This document shows positions 27,393-35,373 of a stretch of 35,373 bases of DNA, in pieces; position 1 is the stretch's first letter; each line of letters opens with the position of its first letter. The notes beneath the pieces were generated by a model, which was given only the letters and a program-made list of their open reading frames with translations, ran no database searches and was not told where the DNA came from. The position numbers and the translations under genes were made by a program. The DNA is from Actinomycetota bacterium. Lineage in GTDB: Bacteria; Actinomycetota; Actinomycetes; S36-B12; UBA5976. Where the stretch lies: contig WLEH01000001.1 in NCBI GenBank assembly GCA_009704345.1, forward strand, positions 1 through 35,373, given 5' to 3'.

Positions 27393-28651
27393 TAGTTGCC
27401 CCCTACGCCGAAAGTTTTAAGTAATTCAGCTTCTTCACTCATCACATTTGCCAGCCGCTTCACACCTTCCACAATTCGCTCTGGTGGTGGATAGCAAAAC
27501 GAAAGTCTTAGATTTGATCGGCCTTGACCATCGGCAAAAAATCCAGTGCCTGGCACGTATGCAACTAAGTGTGTTACGGCCCGAGGCAACATAGCCGTGG
27601 CATCAAAACCTGGCGGCAGCGTTAACCAAGAATAAAAACCACCCGTTGGCACAGTCCACTTAACTCCAGCTGGCATGTGATCATCAAGTGCTGACAGCAA
27701 GGTGTCGCGACGTAGTTTGTAGATGTCTCTGAAGGTGGCAACTTGCGCTAACCAATCTTGAGTTCGCAAATATTCATCCACAATCATCTGGGTGAAATTA
27801 CTTGGACATAGCGTGGCCGCTTCATTAGCCAGCACTAATTTTTCACGCAGTGCATGCGGCGCTACCGCCCAACCAATGCGAAGCCCTGCTGAAATAATCT
27901 TGCTAAACGAACCGCAATAAACCACGCGTTCTTTTTCGTTAGCAGCCATGGGTCGATGGATCACACCATCAAAACTAAGTAGCGCATAAGGATCATCTTC
28001 AATAATCAAAACATTTTCTTGCTCCGCGATTGCCACAATTTCACTTCGACGCTGCTGCGGTTGCGTGATGCCGGCTGGATTGTGGAAGGACGGGATGGTG
28101 TAAAGGAGTTTTACTTGCTTTCCTTCAGCCTTAACCTTCGCAATCATCTCTCGCATCGCAGTTGGATTTAGACCATCTTCATCCATCGCAACGTGACGAA
28201 TATCTGCTTCATAAGCGCGAAATACGCCAAGCGCGCCAACATAAGAAGGGGATTCCACCAAAATCACATCGCCTGGATTACACATCACTCGAACAATTAG
28301 ATCAATTGCCATCTGTGAACCAGCAGTAATCACAATGTCATCTGGGTGTGCGGTCATGCCAGTTGGTCGCATTACTTCTAATACTGATTCGCGCAGTGAC
28401 ACATGTCCCTGACCCGCACCATATTGCAGCGCAGTTTTAGAATCTTTAGTTAAAACTGAATTAACTACGCCGCGAAACATCTCCACATCAAGTGCTTCCA
28501 CAAATGGCATACCACCAGCGAGTGAAACTACTTCCGGTCTGGACGCCACCGCAAACAAGGCTCGGATCTCACTGGCGCGCATCGAAGTTGCGCGAGAGGC
28601 ATAAGCCTGCACCCAGGGATCTAGTCGAGAACCATTTGCGTTGTTGGTCAT
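27392..28651 (-). CDS. PLP-dependent aminotransferase, fold type I (class I/II)
   Basis: 419 aa. The PLP-lysine motif SFSKIISAGLRIGW and the NPAG motif are present. The stop codon overlaps the ddl start (TAATG). Confidence 0.85.
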   Translation of the reverse strand: MTNNANGSRLDPWVQAYASRATSMRASEIRALFAVASRPEVVSLAGGMPFVEALDVEMFRGVVNSVLTKDSKTALQYGAGQGHVSLRESVLEVMRPTGMTAHPDDIVITAGSQMAIDLIVRVMCNPGDVILVESPSYVGALGVFRAYEADIRHVAMDEDGLNPTAMREMIAKVKAEGKQVKLLYTIPSFHNPAGITQPQQRRSEIVAIAEQENVLIIEDDPYALLSFDGVIHRPMAANEKERVVYCGSFSKIISAGLRIGWAVAPHALREKLVLANEAATLCPSNFTQMIVDEYLRTQDWLAQVATFRDIYKLRRDTLLSALDDHMPAGVKWTVPTGGFYSWLTLPPGFDATAMLPRAVTHLVAYVPGTGFFADGQGRSNLRLSFCYPPPERIVEGVKRLANVMSEEAELLKTFGVGGN

Positions 28652-28707
28652 TACCGTCCTTTTCCCGGCTAAGTCTTATCTATTGGATGTTTAAGCTCTC
28701 ACCTGGG

Positions 28708-29772
28708 TTAGTTAAGTGGTGCAAAGAATTTAGCAAGCGCACTAACAGTTGCCTCTGCGCTGTTTGCCAGCGTTTTTGGATCGGTCAGAAGCTCGCGATC
28801 GGCAGCCGCAGTTAAGAAACCAAGATCAATTCGAACTGCTGGCATCACTGTGGCGCGCAACAGCGGCCAAGACTTACCAACCACATCCCCTGCGGCAAAA
28901 TCAGTGCAATCAAGCACTTCAGCCACAAGTAGTTGAGCAAACTCTTTACCAAGCAGCGAATAACCGTGGGTGCCGGCAAAGTAATAACCAATCACACCAC
29001 TTGCCGCCGCATCATCGGCAATACCAACTTGAACACTAAGCACTAAATCAGCAGCTTCAGTGTTAGCAAAGTCAGCCCGAGTGATGCTATCTGGTCTGCC
29101 ATCACCGCTATGAGTTAACAACACAGTAGTGCCAAGTGCGGCTAACTTTCCTTCAATCAATTTAACCACTTTGGTAGCAATCTCAATTGCTTGATCACTT
29201 AAATATTTATCAATAAATGGATCAGAACTGATATCTAACACAATAGTTTTATTAGCAATACCAGTTCGCTTATTTTCATGTTTAACTTTTTCGCGAAGCG
29301 CAGTGGCATTGCCGCCGGCAACAGTTCGATTAAGTCGATTCAATCCTTGAATGGTGTGAATTCCAACTATGCCATCATCAACGGCACCAATTGCTTTTTG
29401 AAACTCTTTGACAGCCTTCTCAGTTCGCCTACCAAAGATGCCATCAACATTACCTGGACTAAAACCAAGCTGAGTTAATCGTTGTTGTAGTTGTGCGACA
29501 TCATCGCCATGAATTAAATTACCAACTTGATAACTCAGCACTCGGTCGCCAAGTGACCAAACCGCTTCATCCAATCGACGCCAAGTTTCTGGCCCCACAA
29601 TGCCATCAACACTTAAGCCACGTTGTAGCTGAAATTTCTTTACTGCTTGAAACATAGCTTCATCGAATTGGTTGCTAGCTGCTGGATTAAGCAGCTCAAG
29701 TCGAATTAAATGATCTCGGATCTCAGTTATCGCCGGTCCGGAATCACCAATGGAGAAGCGGGTGATGGTCAT
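28708..29772 (-). CDS. cwlM: CwlM-like protein: two PG_binding_1 repeats plus a degenerate amidase_3 domain, no signal peptide
   Basis: Two repeats of the type GD.G..V..LQ..L...G......DGI(F/V)G..T..AV..FQ are followed by an amidase_3-like domain. It lies next to trxA-trxB as Rv3915 does. Confidence 0.8.
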   Translation of the reverse strand: MTITRFSIGDSGPAITEIRDHLIRLELLNPAASNQFDEAMFQAVKKFQLQRGLSVDGIVGPETWRRLDEAVWSLGDRVLSYQVGNLIHGDDVAQLQQRLTQLGFSPGNVDGIFGRRTEKAVKEFQKAIGAVDDGIVGIHTIQGLNRLNRTVAGGNATALREKVKHENKRTGIANKTIVLDISSDPFIDKYLSDQAIEIATKVVKLIEGKLAALGTTVLLTHSGDGRPDSITRADFANTEAADLVLSVQVGIADDAAASGVIGYYFAGTHGYSLLGKEFAQLLVAEVLDCTDFAAGDVVGKSWPLLRATVMPAVRIDLGFLTAAADRELLTDPKTLANSAEATVSALAKFFAPLN

Positions 29773-29775
29773 TTA

Positions 29776-30102
29776 TTAATTAAGAAATTCAGCCAACTCA
29801 GCAACTAGTGCTGCCTTTGGCTTAGCACCAATGATTTGCTTCACTACTGCGCCATTCACATATACATTCATGGTTGGAATCGAAGTGATCATTGCGGCTT
29901 GCGCCGAAGCTGGATGCTCGTCAATATTTAGTTTCATGATCTGAATTTTGCTGGCATATTCCCCGGCAATTTCATCCAGAATTGGCGCTACCTGCTTGCA
30001 TGGGCCGCACCATTCCGCCCAGAAATCAACTAGCACTGGGGTGGTTGCTGACTTTAATTCAGCTGCAAAGCTTGCATCAGTTAGTACCTTCATATTTGCC
30101 AT
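29776..30102 (-). CDS. trxA: thioredoxin
   Basis: 108 aa with the WCGPCK active site. Confidence 0.95.
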   Translation of the reverse strand: MANMKVLTDASFAAELKSATTPVLVDFWAEWCGPCKQVAPILDEIAGEYASKIQIMKLNIDEHPASAQAAMITSIPTMNVYVNGAVVKQIIGAKPKAALVAELAEFLN

Positions 30103-30111
30103 TTTTTCTCC

Positions 30112-31053
30112 TTAATTGTGGGAAAGCCATCGTTCAGCATCAAGTGCGGCAGCGCAACCACTACCGGCCGCGGTAATTGCTTGGCGGTAAGTGTGATCAA
30201 CTAAATCACCGCAAGCAAATACGCCTGGCAGATTTGTTGCCGTGCTGCCTGGTTTAACTAGAACATAACCTTCGCTGTCTAACTCAATTTGTCCCTTAAC
30301 CAATTCATTTCGTGGATCATGGCCAATGGCGATAAACAACCCAGTTACATCCATCACGCCAGCTTCACCAGTTACGGTGTTTTTAGTCTTAATCTGATTG
30401 AGTTTGCCATCTTTAGCAACTGCTTGCGTAACTTCAGTGTTCCAAACAAATTCTAATTTTGGATCAGCTTCAGCGCGAGCCACCATAATCTTTGAGGCAC
30501 GAAGCGAATCACGGCGATGGATTAAATACACCTTGCTAGCAAACCTAGTTAAAAATGTGGCTTCTTCCACGGCAGAGTCACCGCCACCAACAACGGCAAT
30601 TACTTGCTCGCGGAAGAAAAAGCCATCACAAGTGGCGCACCAAGAAACACCATGGCCAGATAATTCTTTTTCGCCTGGAATACCTAATTCTCGATAACCA
30701 GAACCCATAGCCAGAATTACTGATTTCGCCCAGTATTCATTGCCACGATCATCTTTTAAGTATTTGATGGGTTGATTTAAATCCGCCTGCACCACGTCAT
30801 CAGTGACAAACTGGGTACCAAACCGTTCTGCTTGGCCGCGCATCTGCTGCATTAATTGTGGCCCCATGATGCCAGTTTCAAAACCTGGAAAATTCTCTAC
30901 TTCAGTGGTGTTCATTAACGCACCACCTGCGGTTACGGCACCTTCAAATAAAAGTGGCTTAAGTTGAGCTCGAGCGGCATAAATTCCAGCGGTATAACCA
31001 GCAGGTCCGGAGCCAATGATTGCTACTTCAACGGGATTTTCTTTTGTCGACAT
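30112..31053 (-). CDS. trxB: thioredoxin-disulfide reductase
   Basis: FAD-binding motif GSGPAG, redox-active CATCDG and NADPH-binding motif GGGDSAVEEA. Confidence 0.95.
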   Translation of the reverse strand: MSTKENPVEVAIIGSGPAGYTAGIYAARAQLKPLLFEGAVTAGGALMNTTEVENFPGFETGIMGPQLMQQMRGQAERFGTQFVTDDVVQADLNQPIKYLKDDRGNEYWAKSVILAMGSGYRELGIPGEKELSGHGVSWCATCDGFFFREQVIAVVGGGDSAVEEATFLTRFASKVYLIHRRDSLRASKIMVARAEADPKLEFVWNTEVTQAVAKDGKLNQIKTKNTVTGEAGVMDVTGLFIAIGHDPRNELVKGQIELDSEGYVLVKPGSTATNLPGVFACGDLVDHTYRQAITAAGSGCAAALDAERWLSHN

Positions 31054-31067
31054 GACCCGTATTCTAG

Positions 31068-32351
31068 TTAAGACGGAGTGCCGTAGGCGGCTACTCTGCT
31101 AATTTGCACATTTCCCCCACCAGGAACTTCAACCCAGATGGTCAAAAAACTGCCAGTAACAAATCTTGGCCCAAACACAATTGCGGTGCTCGCCGCTTCC
31201 GTTACCTGACCTAATTGACCAACATTTGATTTTTCGGTGATAGCGGCATCTGTTACTTGGGCCAACAAGTTAACACCACCCACAGTTAAATCAATCTCAA
31301 TGCGCTGCACGGTGCGCCGTTCGCGAAGTTGAATTTGAATTGCTTGACCATCTGCCACATTAAATGAAGTTCCAACAGGAACTAATTTAGGTTCAATATC
31401 ATTACCAATTACAGCCACTTGAGCAACTGGCAACAATTCGTTTCTTAGATCAGTTCCGGTTTGATTATCTGCTAGCGAATCAGTTGCTGGTGAAGTTGTA
31501 AGGGAAGAAAAAACTAATACAGATCCCACAACTAATAACGAAGTGATGGTTGCAACTGCAGCTATTAAACCAGTTCTACTGATCGTGGAAGGTGGCAGAT
31601 CAATAGTTGGCAAGGTAATGGATCTAGATTTAGGAATTGTAAACACATTATTTAAATCAATGATTGGTAGTGCCAGATTTAAATTAGGATTCAATGTGGG
31701 CAAGGTTAAGTTAGCTAAGTTGTCCCAACAACTTGGCAGTTTTGGTGTTAACTGACTTGGTAGCGCAACTAAACCATTAACTGTCGGTGCTGTTGGCAGC
31801 GAGCAGTTCGATAGCAGCGGCCAAGTAGCGGTGACAGCGGCATAACCAATTGCGCCTACTGCGCTGAAATCTGCTTGATCTTCAGTAATGCCAAAGGGCT
31901 CATTGATTACGCTAGCAATACCAAAGCCGCGAACTCTCACACCACTGCTAGTTAGAACCACATCATCGGCAGTTAGTGCACCGTGATAGATCTGTTGGCT
32001 ATGTGCTACTGCTAAGCAATCAATTAAAGATTGGATTAGTTGTTGTGCATCAGTAAGTGGCGCTCTACCTAGCACCCGCTCCGCAATTGTTACGCCATGC
32101 ACCCATTCACTAATCACCCCAAATAAATTCTCATCACCAACCACATCAAGCACGCGCAGCACGCGCGGATCATGCAAGTTCGCCGCCGCCGCAGCGTTAG
32201 CGCGCAGCTTCAAAACACGAGGATCTGTTGCTGGAATAGTCCAGATGGAAACATCACGCTCAAGCTTGCTATCCCAACCACGCCACCAGATGGCACCATT
32301 AACTTGCTTAATTCTCTCGGTTAACTCGTAATGCTCAAGTTGTTTAACCAT
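31068..32351 (-). CDS. membrane-anchored pseudokinase with an extracytoplasmic beta-rich domain. It corresponds to the C-terminal part of mycobacterial MviN (Rv3910), here encoded as a separate gene.
   Basis: Kinase-like fold whose catalytic positions are all replaced (see findings). The order is TM helix GLIAAVATITSLLVVGSVLVFSSL and then a C-terminal domain of about 130 aa. The start overlaps the murJ stop by 8 nt. Confidence 0.7.
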   Translation of the reverse strand: MVKQLEHYELTERIKQVNGAIWWRGWDSKLERDVSIWTIPATDPRVLKLRANAAAAANLHDPRVLRVLDVVGDENLFGVISEWVHGVTIAERVLGRAPLTDAQQLIQSLIDCLAVAHSQQIYHGALTADDVVLTSSGVRVRGFGIASVINEPFGITEDQADFSAVGAIGYAAVTATWPLLSNCSLPTAPTVNGLVALPSQLTPKLPSCWDNLANLTLPTLNPNLNLALPIIDLNNVFTIPKSRSITLPTIDLPPSTISRTGLIAAVATITSLLVVGSVLVFSSLTTSPATDSLADNQTGTDLRNELLPVAQVAVIGNDIEPKLVPVGTSFNVADGQAIQIQLRERRTVQRIEIDLTVGGVNLLAQVTDAAITEKSNVGQLGQVTEAASTAIVFGPRFVTGSFLTIWVEVPGGGNVQISRVAAYGTPS

Positions 32352-33957
32352 TTGGATTTCTTCGAACTAATGCTGCAATCTCAGATAATTCTTTAATCGG
32401 TCGGAATTGATTGAGTGCAATAAATGCAGTAGCTGCAACCAAAACCCCAATAATGAGTTGCAGTAACGCAAACCAAGTGTTGTTTAGCAGCCAGTTATCA
32501 ACCACTCCAACAACCACTCTACTTAACGCAACTGCTGGGACTGTCACAATAATTAGTCGAATTACAACATGAGCGATCAAATCAAGTCTGAGTCTAAGTT
32601 CATTGCGCAGCACTAGATATAAGCCAGCTGCTGCAACTAAATAACCAACGCCATAACCAACGGCAAGTCCAGCAACCCAGTAAGTTCGAGTGGTAGTTGC
32701 AATAAAAATCGCCGCCACTAATAGCTGCACTATATTCATCGCAATAGTTAAATAAAATGGAGTTTTAGTATCTTCTTTGGCATAAGCTGCTCGAGATAAC
32801 AAATAAAACATCGTAAATGGCAACAAACTAAGTGCAAATGCACTTAGTACCATGCCGCTTAAACCAGTTTGTAAGAAGTTTGCGTTACCGCGTGCAAATA
32901 ATGCAATCATGATGTCGCGGCCATGGGCCAAGATCATCAGTGAGATGGGAATAATTAATACCGAAAGCATTCGAAGCGCGCGTTCAATATCTACCCCAAC
33001 TGCGGCTAAATCTTGGGCGTGAGCAGTCCTAGCCAAACTTGGCAATAACGCGGTTACTAATGACACAGTTAATATCGCATGCGGCAGCAACATAATTAGA
33101 TGAGCATTTTGATAAGCCGCGACACCAACAGTATTAACTGATGAATCATTTGCAGTAGCAGCAATACGCGTCACTGCGGCATAACCAATTTGATTAACTA
33201 AAACTAAGCCAACAGTCCAACTAGCCAGCCGAGATGTTTTACCAAGGCCAGAATTTTTGAAGTCAAAGCGAGGCTTGTATTTATAACCAGATCTATAGAT
33301 TGCTGGAATTAAAATAGCGGCTTGCAGCACAATTCCTAACGTGGTGCCAACTGCCAATAACACCATGGAGTTTTCGGAGATGATGTTTGCATTGTTTACT
33401 CGCACCGTGAATAAGAAAACTAGTCCAGTTGCAATAACTACAATATTGTTAACTACTGGTGCATACATTGGTAAGACAAACTTGTCGCGAACGTTTAGTA
33501 CTTGTGACAATAGTGTAAATACACCGTAGAAAAATATTTGTGGCAATAAAAACCGAGCAAACAACAATGTTGCGCTTTTATCTGCTTCTGCCCAATCAGT
33601 TGGCAAATAGATCTGTACTAGCCAGGGTGCAAGCAGGACTGTAATTAACGTGATCACAAAAAGAATCAAGCCAGTTGCAGTTAATAGTCGGTCAGTGAAT
33701 GCTTTCCCACCATCAGAATCATCTTTCATTCGACGAACTAACTGAGGGATGAACACCGCGTTTAGCGCACCACCAACAGTTAAGATGTAAATGATGTTTG
33801 GCAAGGTATTGCCAATTGCATAGGCATCAGCAAGTGGGCCAAATCCCAGTGCTGCCACAATCACCATTGTTCGCAACAGGCCAGTAACGCGAGAGATCAC
33901 GGTACCAATCGCCATCGCGCCGGTGTTGCGTAACACCTTTGAAACTCGTTCCATCAC
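32344..33957 (-). CDS. murJ: lipid II flippase MurJ (MviN)
   Basis: 537-aa polytopic MOP-superfamily protein. The N-terminus ...ISRVTGLLRTMVIVAALG...ADAYAIGNTLPN is typical of MurJ. Confidence 0.92.
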   Translation of the reverse strand: MMERVSKVLRNTGAMAIGTVISRVTGLLRTMVIVAALGFGPLADAYAIGNTLPNIIYILTVGGALNAVFIPQLVRRMKDDSDGGKAFTDRLLTATGLILFVITLITVLLAPWLVQIYLPTDWAEADKSATLLFARFLLPQIFFYGVFTLLSQVLNVRDKFVLPMYAPVVNNIVVIATGLVFLFTVRVNNANIISENSMVLLAVGTTLGIVLQAAILIPAIYRSGYKYKPRFDFKNSGLGKTSRLASWTVGLVLVNQIGYAAVTRIAATANDSSVNTVGVAAYQNAHLIMLLPHAILTVSLVTALLPSLARTAHAQDLAAVGVDIERALRMLSVLIIPISLMILAHGRDIMIALFARGNANFLQTGLSGMVLSAFALSLLPFTMFYLLSRAAYAKEDTKTPFYLTIAMNIVQLLVAAIFIATTTRTYWVAGLAVGYGVGYLVAAAGLYLVLRNELRLRLDLIAHVVIRLIIVTVPAVALSRVVVGVVDNWLLNNTWFALLQLIIGVLVAATAFIALNQFRPIKELSEIAALVRRNPNG

Positions 33958-33972
33958 TCACCTTCGTTACGG

Positions 33973-35373
33973 TCAATTATGCTGAACTTCACGCTGTTTT
34001 TTAAGTCTGCCTCGGATGGAAATTGCAGTTAATAACAGTAATACGCCAAATGCACCGTAGATAATCACCTGTGCCACTACTCGATACTGCGAAACCTCTA
34101 TTTGCAGTGGTGTTGGAGTAATGGTTGTTTCTTCGCCAAGTTTCCCTTGAATGACCAACTGAGCATAAATACTGCCAGGGGTGACAACTTCAATTGGTAA
34201 CTCAACCACTTGTTTTGATTCCGCTGGTATTTCGACTTTTACTGCTTCAATTCGGACTACTGCAGTGCCAAGTCCTTGACCAGCTAAAAAAAACTCAACT
34301 GGTGTAATTCGTTTATTTGTCAGCGTAACCGGAATTACACCAATTCCATCAGGTAACACGACTTTGTTTCGAGATGAAATTTGTAGCGAATTAACTTCAG
34401 TAATTAAATCTTGTTTTACCTGTTTGGCATATTCATTACCACTGGGTCTTGCCAACCACCACCAATTTGATGCCGCTGAAATAGCGGCATTAGTTAGCGA
34501 TGAATCAGGACTGGTTGCTGAAGTATTGTTAAGGGTTAGCCAGTAACGGTTTATTTGATCTAGGTTGCGTAAATGCTTAACTGAAAAAACTGGTGCAGTC
34601 CCAGAAATATTTGAAGTGGACTTGCTCTCTAAGTCATTAGCAATTTGCTGTGCTGAAACTATCTTTAACCATCCAGTTGTTTTGATCGCATCAAAGAACG
34701 CTGTTGCAGTTGGAAAACTAGGTGCCCAACCAAGAGGTGGAGCAATCGCGGCGGCATCGGTTAGCGCTGCTGCCGCAATCACATATTGCCGCACCATGGT
34801 TGGTGTGGTTGCGGCTGCCAGCAACTTAGTCAATGTTGGATCAACAGTTAATTCAGTTAAATCATTATCGTTGTAACGATATTTAGTTGGGGCTTCATTT
34901 AGTTCGCTTATCACATAATCCAAGTCAGCGCTGATGGCATTTCTCATGCCATTGCCATCCACTTGATGGCGTAGCTGCCAGACACCAACAGGCATTGTTG
35001 GTTGATTAAGCGCAGTTCTTGTTTCAGATATAGCTACATCTAACAAGTTACGGAGCCGATATTTACTAACTGCATTTAGGTCTGGATTAGCAGCAGCGAT
35101 GCCGTTGATGCGACCTGCTAAAGAAGGTTCATCTAGTTTCAAATTATTAAAGGTATTACCATCAATAAACCAATCCACAGTTGCTGCAGCTCCAACGGTG
35201 AGCAAGGTTTGTTGGCTAGATACTTCATCACTAGTAGGTGGCATTGAAATAGGTACTATCACTGCTAATTCTTTGTTGGGTAAGTTGCCAACAACAATGG
35301 GCACCGCCTGCTCACCCAGCACACTGCTATTGCTAATACTGCGAAGCACTAACTGATAAACCCCGGTGGCAAG
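33973..35373 (-). CDS. large cell-envelope protein, Rv3909-like (possibly DUF6049 family); the 5' end lies outside the window
   Basis: The frame stays open from 33973 to the window edge. The codons upstream of the track's GTG at 35349 read LATGVYQL with no stop. A C-terminal TM anchor (VIIYGAFGVLLLLTAISI) is followed by RGRLKK. It lies immediately upstream of murJ as Rv3909 does. The family assignment is by synteny only. Confidence 0.5.
   Translation of the reverse strand, partial: LATGVYQLVLRSISNSSVLGEQAVPIVVGNLPNKELAVIVPISMPPTSDEVSSQQTLLTVGAAATVDWFIDGNTFNNLKLDEPSLAGRINGIAAANPDLNAVSKYRLRNLLDVAISETRTALNQPTMPVGVWQLRHQVDGNGMRNAISADLDYVISELNEAPTKYRYNDNDLTELTVDPTLTKLLAAATTPTMVRQYVIAAAALTDAAAIAPPLGWAPSFPTATAFFDAIKTTGWLKIVSAQQIANDLESKSTSNISGTAPVFSVKHLRNLDQINRYWLTLNNTSATSPDSSLTNAAISAASNWWWLARPSGNEYAKQVKQDLITEVNSLQISSRNKVVLPDGIGVIPVTLTNKRITPVEFFLAGQGLGTAVVRIEAVKVEIPAESKQVVELPIEVVTPGSIYAQLVIQGKLGEETTITPTPLQIEVSQYRVVAQVIIYGAFGVLLLLTAISIRGRLKKQREVQHN

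Noticed and set aside
1-35373. Whole-window scan for CRISPR repeats, IS elements or transposases, integrases, prophage genes, toxin-antitoxin pairs, restriction-modification genes or other defence-type genes.
   Set aside because: None was found. Every ORF of meaningful size has a housekeeping assignment supported by motifs or conserved synteny, and the intergenic space is too small to hide a further system.

Overview
This window is the chromosomal replication-origin region of a compact, AT-leaning actinobacterium. I infer the phylum from gene order, which matches Mycobacterium Rv0001-Rv0020c on one side and Rv3909-Rv3924c on the other. The species cannot be determined from the sequence alone. 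On the minus strand, right to left from oriC, the order is dnaA, oriC, dnaN, recF, dciA (DUF721), gyrB, gyrA, a DUF3566 gene, tRNA-Ile, a small DLW-39-like ORF, tRNA-Ala, ppiA and a rhomboid protease gene. Then come crgA (+), a DUF881 gene (-) and trpG (-). The plus-strand operon fhaA-fhaB-pstP-rodA-pbpA-pknB converges on trpG. To the right of dnaA lie rpmH-rnpA-yidD-yidC-jag-rsmG-parA-parB (+) with two parS sites. These are followed on the minus strand by ddl, a PLP aminotransferase, cwlM, trxA, trxB, a stand-alone pseudokinase, murJ and an Rv3909-like gene truncated by the window edge. The left edge holds a truncated GDPD phosphodiesterase gene, a CoA-transferase gene and an ABM-fold gene. 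Coding density is very high, with many 1-17 nt gene overlaps. I see no CRISPR array, transposase, integrase, prophage, toxin-antitoxin pair or defence-type gene cluster, so I cannot support the presence of a novel multi-gene system here. The signals most worth a second look are mostly non-coding or compositional. (1) A 31-nt three-DnaA-box module occurs twice outside oriC with identical architecture. (2) A TAG-trinucleotide run sits next to tandem DnaA boxes inside oriC. (3) A GC-rich tract of about 1.5 kb with CTG-type codon usage covers the jag 3' end, rsmG and the parA 5' half, and ends inside parA. (4) An SD-preceded 45-aa ORF between the two tRNAs is missing from the ORF track. (5) The MurJ-associated pseudokinase is split off and catalytically dead, and the CwlM-like amidase has degenerate metal ligands.
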